Below the pieces are notes generated by a model. That model worked only from the letters and a program-made list of their open reading frames with translations. It did not search any database and was not told the origin of the DNA. DNA of 64,000 bases from a virus (lineage: Duplodnaviria > Heunggongvirae > Uroviricota > Caudoviricetes): IMG/VR virus record IMGVR_UViG_2563366960_000002; one strand, written 5' to 3'. The stretch's first letter is position 1; each line of letters begins with the position of its first letter. Both the position numbers and the translations under genes were made by a program. This document shows positions 50,500-60,847 of the stretch, in pieces.

Positions 50500-53424
50500 A
50501 TGAATGACGTTACAGTTGTCACATCGGTTACTTACCCATCACCCGAGTCGTTGGCTCTGGTGGCTGATGTGCAATACCACGAACCATATCTGTCAGCCGC
50601 GCTAAACCGAAAATTCAGGGGGATTGTTGACCCGGGATTTTATGCCGGTTTCTTACCTAAGCCTGGCGGTGGGATGAACCTGTTAATCACCTCAGTGGAT
50701 GGTGATAAAACCGCAGGCGCGGCGTCGGTGGATATTGGTGAATTCTACCAGGTAACTATTCAGCAACGTAAGGATATTTCTCTTGCACTTAGTGCAGGCA
50801 AGAAATATGCAATTGTGCTGAAGGGAAGATACCTCCTTGGAGAAGATACCTATCAGGTGAATACCGCGTCACATATTCATGCGGCTGAATTTGTTGCCAG
50901 AACCTATACCGATTCATATCAGTTAGGAGATGGGGAGCTGCTTGTTTGTACGGTGAATATCCCTGCTGGTGTATCTGCCATTACCCAGGAGATGATTGAT
51001 ACATCCGAGCGTATCAACCGCACGATCGGCATTGATATTTCAGACTCTGTAACCAGTAGCAGAAGTGATGTTGCTGCAAGTTCGCTGGCAGTTAAAAAAG
51101 CTTACGATCTGGCGAAAAGTAAGTATACGGCGCAGGATGCAAGCACAACGCAAAAGGGATTAGTTCAGCTCAGTAGCGAAACTAACAGCGACAGCGAAAC
51201 AATGGCGGCTACCCCTAAAGCCGTTAAGTCTGTAAAAGATCTTGCTGATACCAAAGCGCCAATAGAAAGCCCGAGTCTGACAGGAACGCCAACCGCGCCG
51301 ACGGCAGCGCAAGGTACAAATAGCACGCAGATCGCAAATACAGCCTTTGTTAAGGCAGCTATAACGGCACTTATCAACGGTGCACCTGGCACACTGGATA
51401 CACTTAAAGAAATAGCTGCTGCGATCAATAACGACCCGAATTTCAGCACAACTATCAACAATGCTCTGGCCCTTAAAGCGCCTTTAGCAAGTCCTGCATT
51501 AACGGGAATACCTACTGCGCCTACCGCTGCACAGGGTACGAATAACACGCAGATTGCTACGACCGCTTATGTAAGAGCTGCCATATCCGCACTGGTTGGT
51601 TCATCACCAGAAGCTCTTGATACCCTGAATGAGCTTGCCGCAGCACTTGGCAATGACCCGAACTTTGCGACAACAATGACAAATGCGCTGGCAGGCAAAC
51701 AGCCTCTGGATGCAACTTTAACCGCTCTCGCGGCCCTTGCGACTGGTGCAAACAAACTGCCTTATTTTACTGGTAAGGATACGGTAGCTCAGACTGATTT
51801 AACGTCAGTCGGTCGCGATATTCTGGCTAAAACAAGCACACTGGCCGTTATCCAATACCTTGGTTTAAGAGAACTCGGTACCAGCGGTGAAAAGATCCCC
51901 CTGTTGAGCACGGCTAACACATGGAGTGCGCGCCAGACTTTCAACGGCGGGATCACCGGAGCGCTGACAGGGAACGCCGATACCGCAACGAAATTGAAAA
52001 CAGCCAGAAACATTAATGGCGTCAGGTTCGATGGTTCTGGTGACATTAATATCAATACTATGGTATCGCGTGGTCGCGTAACGGCTCTGGGGGCGAATGC
52101 ACAGGGGACATCCGGGATTCAGCTGTATGAGGCATACAACAATGGCTACCCTTCCCCCTATGGCAATGTGCTTCACCTTAAAGGTGCCACCGCTGCTGGC
52201 GAAGGTGAGTTATTCATTGGCTGGAGTGGCACGAGTGGTGACCATGCGCCCGTACATATCCGTTCGCGGCGGGATACTGATTCTGCTAACTGGTCTGAAT
52301 GGGCGCAGGTCTATACGTCAAAAGATTCCGTTCCCGGCGTTAATGCCAAAGGGAATCAGGACACCTCTGGTAATGCGGCTACAGCGACTAAATTGCAGAC
52401 AGCATGTACTATTAACGGTGTCTCGTTTGATGGTTCTAAAAACATTGAGTTAACGGCGGAAGATTTAAATCTTGAGCAAACCGTAGAATTAGCCGTAGGA
52501 GCATTACAGAAAAACCAGAACGGCGCGGATATTCCAGGAAAAGATACCTTCACCAAAAATATTGGGGCCTGCCGCGCATATAGCGCATGGCTGGATATTG
52601 GTGGCGATAGTCAGGTCTGGACAACCGCGCAATTTATTTCGTGGCTGGAGAGTCAGGGAGCATTTAACCATCCTTACTGGATGTGCAAAGGCTCATGGGC
52701 TTATGCAAATAATAAGGTCATTACAGATACAGGTTGCGGAAATATTTGTCTTGCAGGTGCTGTGGTGGAAGTTATTGGCACTCGCGGCGCAATGACCATA
52801 CGCGTTACCACGCCGAGCACGTCCAGCGGTGGAGGAATTACTAACGCTCAATTCACTTATATTAATCATGGTGATGCTTACGCTCCTGGCTGGCGACGAG
52901 ACTACAACACGAAAAATCAACAACCTGCATTTGCTTTAGGGCAAACAGGAAGCACTGTCGGAAATGATAAAGCTGTTGGCTGGAACTGGAATAGCGGGGT
53001 CTATAACGCAATCATTGGTGGCGCATCGACATTAATCCTCCACTTCAATATGAATACGGGGAGCTGCCCTGCTGTACAGTTCCGCGTGAATTACAGGAAC
53101 GGTGGTATTTTTTATCGTTCAGCGCGTGATGGTTACGGATTCGAAGCTGACTGGTCAGAATTTTACACCACAACACGCAAGCCATCAGCAGGAGATGTTG
53201 GTGCATATACGCAGGCAGAATGTAACTCAAGGTTTATTACAGGTATTCGCCTTGGCGGTCTGTCATCTGTTCAGACATGGAATGGTCCCGGCTGGTCTGA
53301 CAGGTCAGGTTATGTCGTTACGGGTTCAGTTAACGGAAACCGTGATGAATTAATTGATACAACTCAGGCAAGGCCAATTCAGTATTGCATTAATGGAACG
53401 TGGTATAACGCGGGGAGTATTTAA
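50500..53424 (+). CDS. S: tail fibre protein S (constant part joined to the currently expressed variable part)
   Basis: ATG at 50500 with AAGGA RBS (track ORF begins 50413); the gene crosses the left cix site and left inverted repeat; C-terminal half differs from the silent Sv' copy. Confidence 0.8.
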   Translation: MNDVTVVTSVTYPSPESLALVADVQYHEPYLSAALNRKFRGIVDPGFYAGFLPKPGGGMNLLITSVDGDKTAGAASVDIGEFYQVTIQQRKDISLALSAGKKYAIVLKGRYLLGEDTYQVNTASHIHAAEFVARTYTDSYQLGDGELLVCTVNIPAGVSAITQEMIDTSERINRTIGIDISDSVTSSRSDVAASSLAVKKAYDLAKSKYTAQDASTTQKGLVQLSSETNSDSETMAATPKAVKSVKDLADTKAPIESPSLTGTPTAPTAAQGTNSTQIANTAFVKAAITALINGAPGTLDTLKEIAAAINNDPNFSTTINNALALKAPLASPALTGIPTAPTAAQGTNNTQIATTAYVRAAISALVGSSPEALDTLNELAAALGNDPNFATTMTNALAGKQPLDATLTALAALATGANKLPYFTGKDTVAQTDLTSVGRDILAKTSTLAVIQYLGLRELGTSGEKIPLLSTANTWSARQTFNGGITGALTGNADTATKLKTARNINGVRFDGSGDININTMVSRGRVTALGANAQGTSGIQLYEAYNNGYPSPYGNVLHLKGATAAGEGELFIGWSGTSGDHAPVHIRSRRDTDSANWSEWAQVYTSKDSVPGVNAKGNQDTSGNAATATKLQTACTINGVSFDGSKNIELTAEDLNLEQTVELAVGALQKNQNGADIPGKDTFTKNIGACRAYSAWLDIGGDSQVWTTAQFISWLESQGAFNHPYWMCKGSWAYANNKVITDTGCGNICLAGAVVEVIGTRGAMTIRVTTPSTSSGGGITNAQFTYINHGDAYAPGWRRDYNTKNQQPAFALGQTGSTVGNDKAVGWNWNSGVYNAIIGGASTLILHFNMNTGSCPAVQFRVNYRNGGIFYRSARDGYGFEADWSEFYTTTRKPSAGDVGAYTQAECNSRFITGIRLGGLSSVQTWNGPGWSDRSGYVVTGSVNGNRDELIDTTQARPIQYCINGTWYNAGSI
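51848..51873. other. cix-type Cin recombination site (left)
   Basis: TTATCCAATACC-TT-GGTTTAAGAGAA, hix/gix-like dyad at the outer edge of the left inverted repeat. Confidence 0.5.
51858..52472. repeat. left arm of the inverted repeat flanking the invertible tail-fibre segment
   Basis: About 615 bp that is the exact mirror of 55551-56165 (coordinate sum 108023); explains the identical mirrored ORFs in the track. Confidence 0.85.
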
Positions 53425-53426
53425 TT

Positions 53427-53960
53427 ATGATGCACTTAAAAAATATTACTGCTGGCAACCCTAAAACAAAAGAGCAATACCAGCTAACGAAACAATTTAA
53501 CATCAAATGGCTTTATACAGAGGATGGGAAAAACTGGTATGAGGAACAAAAGAACTTTCAGCCTGATACGTTGAAAATGGTCTATGACCACAACAACGTT
53601 ATTATTTGTATTGAAAAGGATGTTTCAGCAATTAATCCAGAAGGCGCAAGCGTCGTTGAGGTTCCTGATATTACAGCAAATCGCCGGGCTGATATTTCGG
53701 GTAAATGGATGTTCAAAGATGGCGTAGTGATAAAGCGAACTTATACCGAGGAGGAACAGAGGCAGCAGGCAGAGAATGAAAAGCAAAGCCTGTTGCAACT
53801 TGTCAGGGATAAAACCCAGCTATGGGACTCACAGCTACGGCTGGGCATCATTTCCGACGAGAATAAGCAGAAATTAACCGAGTGGATGCTCTTTGCGCAG
53901 AAAGTCGAATCTACAGACACCTCCAGCCTGCCAGTAACGTTTCCCGAACAACCAGAATGA
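53427..53960 (+). CDS. U: tail fibre assembly protein U
   Basis: 177 aa, Tfa-family N-terminus MMHLKNITAGNPKT; paralog of the inverted U' copy. Confidence 0.75.
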   Translation: MMHLKNITAGNPKTKEQYQLTKQFNIKWLYTEDGKNWYEEQKNFQPDTLKMVYDHNNVIICIEKDVSAINPEGASVVEVPDITANRRADISGKWMFKDGVVIKRTYTEEEQRQQAENEKQSLLQLVRDKTQLWDSQLRLGIISDENKQKLTEWMLFAQKVESTDTSSLPVTFPEQPE

Positions 53961-53988
53961 GAGAAGGCCCGCTATCGGGCCTTAATTT

Positions 53989-54516
53989 TTATTCAGGCTT
54001 TTGTGGCCATTCAGGATTTGCCGTATCCACACGGCTGACCAGAACGCTGTAGCGTTCCCATGACTCCAGTCGTGCGCGTTCCTCATCCGTCGCCATGTTC
54101 AGCCTGACAGCGCGTTCCAGTGGCTGGATAACTGATTCAGCTTCGGAAAGTAATGCGGCCTTTTGTGATTTGGCCTGTTGTTGCTGTTCGTCTGCCGTAT
54201 AAATCCGCTTAACTACAGCCCCGTCCTTAAACATCCACTTACCGGAATCATCAGCACGACGATTAGCTGTAATATCAGGAACCTCAACGACGCTATAACC
54301 TTCAGGGTTAAGCGTGGAGGCATCTTTGGTGATGGCGACAATAATATTATTTGCATCGTAAACAATCTTTATTGTGTCTGGCTGAAAGTTTTTCACTTCC
54401 TCATACCAGTTTTTTCCGTCCTCAGAGTAAAGCCAGATAACTCCGTGTTTCTTTGTTAACTCATACTGTTCCAGTGTTTTAGCGTTACCCGCTTTTATGT
54501 TCTTTAAGTGCATCAT
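53989..54516 (-). CDS. alternative tail fibre assembly protein U'
   Basis: 175-aa paralog of U on the opposite strand inside the invertible segment. Confidence 0.75.
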   Translation of the reverse strand: MMHLKNIKAGNAKTLEQYELTKKHGVIWLYSEDGKNWYEEVKNFQPDTIKIVYDANNIIVAITKDASTLNPEGYSVVEVPDITANRRADDSGKWMFKDGAVVKRIYTADEQQQQAKSQKAALLSEAESVIQPLERAVRLNMATDEERARLESWERYSVLVSRVDTANPEWPQKPE

Positions 54517-54517
54517 A

Positions 54518-56119
54518 TTAAACGCTCGCTACATTATACCAGGTGCCATTTATATACTTTTGAACGGGTCTGTAATAAACGCCCGCTATATTATCGGCAG
54601 AGTTGGACCCTGTATCCTGAACATTAATACCAGACAATACATGACCTGACGGGCACTGGAAATTCCATGTTTGCCAGTTGTTCACTCCATAATATTGCTG
54701 TGAACCAAGTCGAACATCTTTCACATATCTGGAATCAAAATTGCCATAGTTTCCGGGAATAACTTGCGCACCGCAAAGCCAGTTTCCGTTATTATCCATG
54801 TACGCCTGACCATCGGTGCCATTGGCTGTCCTTGAATTATTAATCATGTAAAAACCAAACTGGTAGTTACCAAGTCCACCGACAAAAAATTTGCGTTCTG
54901 CATGGTCTTGTCTTAACAAAGCCTGCGCAGAACTTGTTGATACTGCGTTTCTACCAAAAATGACATTCTGGTTTCGCATATCAATCCATGAGGTTGAGCC
55001 ACTATTAATAGCAAACCTGTTTGCATACACCCAGGCGTTAGTTGTTATATCTCCTGTAACATCCAGACCATGCCCCATAGTTATGCGGCCAGTTCTGAGA
55101 TTAAGCGTAAAGGGACGTAGTGGCCCTATATCACCATTTTCCCCCTCATTCTCTCGTGTAGGGATGATATGCAGGCATTCTTCAGAACGGCGAAAAATGG
55201 CACCAAAAGATGAATTAAATATCCTCAGTGCATTGACTGTCGATATTTTTACTTCACTGCTGAAAAGGGCTTTAACAAGAACAGACAAAGCATCCCATTT
55301 AAGATTCATCAGGTCTTTTGTTGTGGTGCTCTGGCGGCTTCTCCATTTGAAATATTCATTTCCGTTGTCGCCTGTTTCAAACCACATGTATGAATCAGTA
55401 TCGCTGTCGGCATCATTTTTAAATCCAATCTTTGCCCAGTCAGTATTTCGAATCCAGGCAAGGATTGAGTCATTTTCAAAAGTAAGCCCGCCGGACAAGA
55501 TATCGCCTGAACGCTGAACGGCATTATTTGCTTTATTAATGAATTCCTGTAGATTTAAATCTTCCGCCGTTAACTCAATGTTTTTAGAACCATCAAACGA
55601 GACACCGTTAATAGTACATGCTGTCTGCAATTTAGTCGCTGTAGCCGCATTACCAGAGGTGTCCTGATTCCCTTTGGCATTAACGCCGGGAACGGAATCT
55701 TTTGACGTATAGACCTGCGCCCATTCAGACCAGTTAGCAGAATCAGTATCCCGCCGCGAACGGATATGTACGGGCGCATGGTCACCACTCGTGCCACTCC
55801 AGCCAATGAATAACTCACCTTCGCCAGCAGCGGTGGCACCTTTAAGGTGAAGCACATTGCCATAGGGGGAAGGGTAGCCATTGTTGTATGCCTCATACAG
55901 CTGAATCCCGGATGTCCCCTGTGCATTCGCCCCCAGAGCCGTTACGCGACCACGCGATACCATAGTATTGATATTAATGTCACCAGAACCATCGAACCTG
56001 ACGCCATTAATGTTTCTGGCTGTTTTCAATTTCGTTGCGGTATCGGCGTTCCCTGTCAGCGCTCCGGTGATCCCGCCGTTGAAAGTCTGGCGCGCACTCC
56101 ATGTGTTAGCCGTGCTCAA
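54518..56119 (-). CDS. alternative tail fibre variable segment Sv' (promoterless in this orientation)
   Basis: N-terminal 180 residues identical to an internal stretch of S (inside the inverted repeat), then a different C-terminal domain. Confidence 0.75.
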   Translation of the reverse strand: MSTANTWSARQTFNGGITGALTGNADTATKLKTARNINGVRFDGSGDININTMVSRGRVTALGANAQGTSGIQLYEAYNNGYPSPYGNVLHLKGATAAGEGELFIGWSGTSGDHAPVHIRSRRDTDSANWSEWAQVYTSKDSVPGVNAKGNQDTSGNAATATKLQTACTINGVSFDGSKNIELTAEDLNLQEFINKANNAVQRSGDILSGGLTFENDSILAWIRNTDWAKIGFKNDADSDTDSYMWFETGDNGNEYFKWRSRQSTTTKDLMNLKWDALSVLVKALFSSEVKISTVNALRIFNSSFGAIFRRSEECLHIIPTRENEGENGDIGPLRPFTLNLRTGRITMGHGLDVTGDITTNAWVYANRFAINSGSTSWIDMRNQNVIFGRNAVSTSSAQALLRQDHAERKFFVGGLGNYQFGFYMINNSRTANGTDGQAYMDNNGNWLCGAQVIPGNYGNFDSRYVKDVRLGSQQYYGVNNWQTWNFQCPSGHVLSGINVQDTGSNSADNIAGVYYRPVQKYINGTWYNVASV

Positions 56120-56165
56120 CAGGGGGATCTTTTCACCGCTGGTACCGAGTTCTCTTAAACCAAGG
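55551..56165. repeat. right arm of the inverted repeat flanking the invertible segment
   Basis: Mirror of 51858-52472. Confidence 0.85.
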
Positions 56166-56175
56166 TTTAGGATTG
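56150..56175. other. cix-type Cin recombination site (right)
   Basis: TTCTCTTAAACC-AA-GGTTTAGGATTG, abutting the cin stop codon. Confidence 0.5.
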
Positions 56176-56727
56176 AAATGATGACGCAGGAAACTTTTTA
56201 TAAAGCGTGGAAACAGCAACATCATAGATGATTGCAACCTGCTTACGGGGGATGCCATTCTCCAGCAATCGACGCATTTGCTGCCATGTTTCTTCTTGGT
56301 ATTTAGGCCGACGGCCTCCTATTCGACCTTCTGCGCGAGCTGCATCAAGTCCAGCGCGTGTACGTTCAACGATAAGCTCGCGTTCCATTTCAGCCAGCGC
56401 CCCCATTACGTGAAAGAAAAAACGCCCCATTGGTGTACTGGTGTCGATAGAGTCAGTGAGACTCCGGAAATTAATTCCTCTGTCACGCAGCTCTTCCACC
56501 AGCACAACCAAGTGACGCATGCTGCGCCCAAGACGATCTAACTTCCATACGACCAGGGTGTCACCTCTGGAAAGCATACGCAAAACCTTTTTTAGCCCAG
56601 GGCGTTCAGTCTTTTTGCCGCTCGCCTTATCCTCAAAAATTAGCTCACATCCTGCGCTTTCAAGGGCATTTCGTTGCAAAGCAGTGTTTTGTTCATTTGT
56701 TGATACGCGTACATAGCCGATCAGCAT
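56167..56727 (-). CDS. cin: Cin site-specific DNA invertase (serine recombinase, Hin/Gin/Cin family)
   Basis: 186 aa; N-terminal GYVRVSTNEQ with catalytic Ser; C-terminal helix-turn-helix; adjacent to a cix site. Confidence 0.9.
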   Translation of the reverse strand: MLIGYVRVSTNEQNTALQRNALESAGCELIFEDKASGKKTERPGLKKVLRMLSRGDTLVVWKLDRLGRSMRHLVVLVEELRDRGINFRSLTDSIDTSTPMGRFFFHVMGALAEMERELIVERTRAGLDAARAEGRIGGRRPKYQEETWQQMRRLLENGIPRKQVAIIYDVAVSTLYKKFPASSFQS

Positions 56728-56848
56728 GATTTTTACTCTAATGCGTTGTTCTTATGAGTCTGCGAATTTTAAAGAACAAAGCGTTATGCACAGAAATAAC
56801 AATCTGAATAGGTTCCTGCTTGATTTTTGTTAGATCCGGGAGGAGCTT

Positions 56849-57133
56849 ATGCAGATTTTGATTTTTTTAATGTCCATTATTAGTGGAACCTATTTATTTC
56901 TTACTGGAGTTAGGCGTGGAGCTTATAAGCCATGTTTTTTACATTGGCTTGAAGCATGGCTGCTTGCCATAAAAGGTGGTTTTGTTGGTTTTTGTCTTGC
57001 AGAAGTTCAGTGGGGAAACTCATTTTTGAATGTGGTTGCTTTTTTGATATGTAGTTGGAATAGCCATTTTGTATTAAGAATAACCAAAATATGGGTTTTT
57101 CACTTGATTTACGAATGTATTGGCAAATTATGA
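56849..57133 (+). CDS. small hydrophobic protein encoded in an AT-rich insert
   Basis: 94 aa; strong RBS GGGAGGAG; two to three hydrophobic helices; composition clearly more AT-rich than flanking backbone. Confidence 0.4.
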   Translation: MQILIFLMSIISGTYLFLTGVRRGAYKPCFLHWLEAWLLAIKGGFVGFCLAEVQWGNSFLNVVAFLICSWNSHFVLRITKIWVFHLIYECIGKL

Positions 57134-57146
57134 ACAACCAGATGAG

Positions 57147-57165
57147 AAGTTACTTTGCATACCAT
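57147..57165 (+). promoter_or_regulatory. P1-type late promoter of the lyd-dar operon
   Basis: Palindromic AAGTTACTT, 4 nt, then TACCAT. Confidence 0.5.
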
Positions 57166-57193
57166 TACCTCCTGACAACGTAGGAGGGAACTT

Positions 57194-57523
57194 GTGCTTG
57201 ACACACAGGAATTAGCTCCAGTTGCTATTGCGCTCCTGCTTTCAGTAATTGGTGGGATAGGCACGTTCCTGATGGATGTCCGAGACGGTCGCCAGTCTGG
57301 CAATTTGTTGGGATTGGTTACGGAGATCTTTGTTGCAGTGACAGCTGGCGCGGTGGCGTACCTATTGGGGCAACACGAGGGCTGGGAGTTATCAATTACG
57401 TACTTAATGGTAACGATAGCCAGCAATAACGGTCATGAGGTGATTTCAGGGATGAAACGAGTGAATATCGATAGCATTCTGAATGTTCTTACAAGTTTGG
57501 TGAAAAAGGGAGGCGGGAAATGA
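57194..57523 (+). CDS. lydA: holin (P1 LydA-like)
   Basis: 109-aa membrane protein with hydrophobic helices and a charged C-terminus. Confidence 0.6.
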   Translation: MLDTQELAPVAIALLLSVIGGIGTFLMDVRDGRQSGNLLGLVTEIFVAVTAGAVAYLLGQHEGWELSITYLMVTIASNNGHEVISGMKRVNIDSILNVLTSLVKKGGGK

Positions 57524-57963
57524 TTGGCTGGGGTGTATGCGTTCTTGCGTTAGCCTTAGCCGATCGCTATTTGCTAAAACGCAAGGACATCACGCATTTA
57601 GAACTTGGTGATGTGGAAATTAAACCGGGTTTCATCCGGGTGCCGTTCAAATACCGGTCTAAATTCCCGTTTTTGCGCGGCGCAACGGTCAGATATTGGA
57701 TCCGCGATGTTCAGAAGCCGACGACAGTGATTGAAGGCGAACAACGTTGTCTGACGTCAGCTGAACAGGGCGAAAACAGTGAATGGTTGTACATACCCAC
57801 TGAATATATGGGTAAAGGAGAGCGACTGTGGCATTTCAACGTCATGGTTACGCATGGCGACTCGTTCATTAACCCGTTGTATCGGATTTTCCCTGTTACT
57901 CAGCAAATCCGCAGAAGTTACGTAATAAATCTCGCACAGGATGTGTCAGATGACGAAAAATAA
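57520..57963 (+). CDS. lydB: holin antagonist (P1 LydB-like)
   Basis: 147 aa, translationally coupled to the holin-like gene. Confidence 0.5.
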   Translation: MIGWGVCVLALALADRYLLKRKDITHLELGDVEIKPGFIRVPFKYRSKFPFLRGATVRYWIRDVQKPTTVIEGEQRCLTSAEQGENSEWLYIPTEYMGKGERLWHFNVMVTHGDSFINPLYRIFPVTQQIRRSYVINLAQDVSDDEK

Positions 57964-58552
57964 GTATGCAACGGTCGATTTTGACCAGGTTAATGAAAAG
58001 GGGCTGAAATCCCTTATCGCGGCGATCAATAAAACCGGTGTTACGGTAATTGAGGTTGACTCCAGCAACCGCGCAACAACGAAAGATGGCGTTAAAGTTA
58101 AAACCGCAAAGCTGGTTCTTAACGACGGACAAATTCTTGCCATACAGGTAAACGATACTGGCGATATATCGTCTGTGAAACTGAATGGAAAAGCTATTCC
58201 TAACGCTCAGTCGCCGGATATCAAGACGCTTGGTACCGTCATGGGACAGGCGGCCCGCAAAAACTCCGCAAAATTCCAGAAATCACTGATCGCCAAAGCG
58301 AAGCGTGTTGCCAATCCGGTAGACAAGAAACCGGCAGTTAAATCCAACTTTCAGCGCCTGCAAGAAGCAAAACAGCGGAATGCTCAGGTGGTTGCCGCTT
58401 ATAAGTCCGCGCAGAATTCGGTGTCTTTCAATCAACAGCAGATCACTGATTTGCGGGCGAAGCTGGATAAGGAGACGGGCCGACTCAATAACGAAAAGGC
58501 ACGGAATGGCGAACTCAAACGTCGTCTTAAGCAACTGAAAGCAGGAAATTAA
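57941..58552 (+). CDS. hdf: Hdf-like head-morphogenesis/antirestriction accessory protein
   Basis: 203-aa ORF immediately upstream of the darA-like gene; alternative start at MTKNKYA. Confidence 0.5.
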   Translation: MCQMTKNKYATVDFDQVNEKGLKSLIAAINKTGVTVIEVDSSNRATTKDGVKVKTAKLVLNDGQILAIQVNDTGDISSVKLNGKAIPNAQSPDIKTLGTVMGQAARKNSAKFQKSLIAKAKRVANPVDKKPAVKSNFQRLQEAKQRNAQVVAAYKSAQNSVSFNQQQITDLRAKLDKETGRLNNEKARNGELKRRLKQLKAGN

Positions 58553-58553
58553 C

Positions 58554-60473
58554 ATGGAACAGTTAAATATCAATAAAGGGGTGACGATCAAGCCTGGGCT
58601 TGACGTGCTTCCCCCGCCAGTGACTGATGATGAATATCGCGCATTAATGGCCGGTGAGGACCGCTATCTGATGACGGAATCCAACACCCTGGAGGAAATC
58701 GAGGCTACGTTCTTCTATGACACGCCGATCCACTGGTGTGCTACGGATTTACTGGAGGCGATTAGTTCTACTCGTTTGCAGTTACACCGGACCATGCAGG
58801 CATTTGTCCGGGCATTGAACCAGAAGCTGAATGGTACCGGAATCTCTGCGGGGAGTGATAAAACGGGGGAGGTGGCCCAGAGCGGCGCGCGCGCGATCGG
58901 CGGTGCTGAAATTGGCCGGGCACGTAACGTTAACGGGCTGCCGGTCCTGCCAGCCATTATTCCGCTCAGTGATGGTCAGACTATCAGCATTCTGTTTCAT
59001 AGCCCGACAGCGGAAAACCGGATCACCAATAGCGATACGCTGGTTGCTTTCCAGTTCTTACTGAATAAAAAAGACGTTACTCACACCGTTGCTCCGATGA
59101 GTGGACGTGATATGACGCTGGCGCAGGTCACCATGAAACTTGCCAACCTTGCAGAGAAAAACTCGGCAAAATTCCAGCGTGCGCAGAAGAAGAAAAAAGC
59201 CCTGGTTGATGAAATAACCCAACTACAGGCTGACAGTGACCAGAAAGAGGATGCCATGAGCGACCTCGCGGATCAGGTGGCAGCGGTAGAAGGGCAGAAG
59301 GTAGATCTGGAGCAGAAAATTAACGCTGTTGCATCGGAAGCGGATTCTCTTTATGAAGAGAATGAGCGTTTGCAGACGGAGATTGATCAGCTCAATCGCA
59401 CAGGTGGGCGCGATACCATTGATCCAGCGGGGATGACTGGTGGGCACTCGCGCGCGCTGACGGATCGCCTTGCCAGTATCAAAAATCGTATGCATATGAA
59501 CGGGGAAGTGACGCTCAGTAATGGAGCATCAATGAAGCAATTCATTGAGGACGGCGAAGGGTATATCCAGTTAACCGATTCGGATGGCAGCGTGTACATG
59601 ATCAAGGCTAAATCCATACAGGGTGTGGACATGGCAGATGCGATCGGCAAGCTGTTTAAAGCCTATAAAGCGGGTAATGTATCGGAATATCTGGTCCAAC
59701 CAGAAGAACATAAACCGGAAAACGTCGAACCTGAACCAGCGGAGGATACCGGTAGCTCTTCGCCTGAACCAGAAGTCTCTGTAGGTGCATATCGATATGC
59801 CTTGCAAATGCGTCCGGCGGCCCCTGGCGCAATACCTGAAGGTAACAAAGCAATTCTGCCGCGCCCTGATGAAGGTGACCCGTATTATGAATATGCACGC
59901 TACGGCATTGCTACTTACGATACCCCGCTTTCTGATCAGCAAATGAGTGAGTACGACCTGAAGTTATTGCCTCGCGAGGATTCTTTCGACTTCCTGGCGA
60001 AGACACTTACTAATGGTCCGTTTGGCAAATATGCACAAAAAGCTCTGGATCTGGCCACCAGCTCACCAGACGAGTTCCGCGTAATGCTGAAAACTCAGTT
60101 TCAAAAAACTTTCCCCAATATTGCGTTTCCGGGGGGCGCTGGCACCGAGAAAATGGTGCAGAGCATGATCAATGCATTGCAGGCCGAAGTCGGTGAGATT
60201 ACTCAGCCAGAACCTGCCCCGGCACAGCCTGATGAAACGGTTAGCGAAGCAGATGCAGAGGCTAATAAAGCCATTGAATATCTCGATAACGTGATGGATA
60301 TGCAAAGCACTGACATGGCGGAGATCCGTAACGCCCGGGGTAATGTCCGGGAAGCGATTGCAGCCCTTCAGGCTGCCGGGCGTTTTGAGGAAAACGAAGA
60401 GCTGGTTAATGGCGCTGCTCGCCACCTGGCTGATCTGCTGGTAGCAATCCAGAAAGCGGGGGTAGCGGCATGA
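58554..60473 (+). CDS. darA: DarA-like internal head antirestriction protein
   Basis: 639 aa; size and operon context (hdf-darA-ddrA-ddrB) match the P1 Dar system. Confidence 0.65.
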   Translation: MEQLNINKGVTIKPGLDVLPPPVTDDEYRALMAGEDRYLMTESNTLEEIEATFFYDTPIHWCATDLLEAISSTRLQLHRTMQAFVRALNQKLNGTGISAGSDKTGEVAQSGARAIGGAEIGRARNVNGLPVLPAIIPLSDGQTISILFHSPTAENRITNSDTLVAFQFLLNKKDVTHTVAPMSGRDMTLAQVTMKLANLAEKNSAKFQRAQKKKKALVDEITQLQADSDQKEDAMSDLADQVAAVEGQKVDLEQKINAVASEADSLYEENERLQTEIDQLNRTGGRDTIDPAGMTGGHSRALTDRLASIKNRMHMNGEVTLSNGASMKQFIEDGEGYIQLTDSDGSVYMIKAKSIQGVDMADAIGKLFKAYKAGNVSEYLVQPEEHKPENVEPEPAEDTGSSSPEPEVSVGAYRYALQMRPAAPGAIPEGNKAILPRPDEGDPYYEYARYGIATYDTPLSDQQMSEYDLKLLPREDSFDFLAKTLTNGPFGKYAQKALDLATSSPDEFRVMLKTQFQKTFPNIAFPGGAGTEKMVQSMINALQAEVGEITQPEPAPAQPDETVSEADAEANKAIEYLDNVMDMQSTDMAEIRNARGNVREAIAALQAAGRFEENEELVNGAARHLADLLVAIQKAGVAA

Positions 60474-60835
60474 CACTATCAGCTATTGAGTTAATGGATC
60501 TCAGCGATAAGTTGGATGCTCTGATGTCCAAAGCGGCTACCGCGAGTGGCATGGAGTTGCTGGATATCAGCGATGAAATTGACCAGATCATGCAACAGAT
60601 GGGGTACGGTGTGTCCGGCGGCAGTAGTGGCGAGGAAAAACAACCTTCGGTACATGATGGTGTGCCAAAACTGGTTGCTGATTTCCTGGCTGATAAATTC
60701 GTCGATCAGAGCACCGATGCATTTATCGGTACCTTGCAGGATTTGAGTCAATATGTTGGCACATACATCGACCTGGACCAGGTTAAACAGCACACGGCGG
60801 CATGGATAGCCGCCAACATTAAAGAGGCAGCATAA
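60470..60835 (+). CDS. ddrA: DdrA-like protein
   Basis: 121-aa acidic protein with 4-nt overlap to the darA stop. Confidence 0.5.
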   Translation: MTLSAIELMDLSDKLDALMSKAATASGMELLDISDEIDQIMQQMGYGVSGGSSGEEKQPSVHDGVPKLVADFLADKFVDQSTDAFIGTLQDLSQYVGTYIDLDQVKQHTAAWIAANIKEAA

Positions 60836-60847
60836 GGCGTAACAGGG

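Noticed and set aside
52097-52453. Pairs of identical ORFs on opposite strands (52097-52453 with 55570-55926; 51865-52176 with 55847-56158; 51789-52055 with 55968-56231)
   Set aside because: They are mirror images created by the 615-bp inverted repeat of the invertible segment and lie in non-coding frames of the tail-fibre gene; artefacts, not a duplicated gene family.
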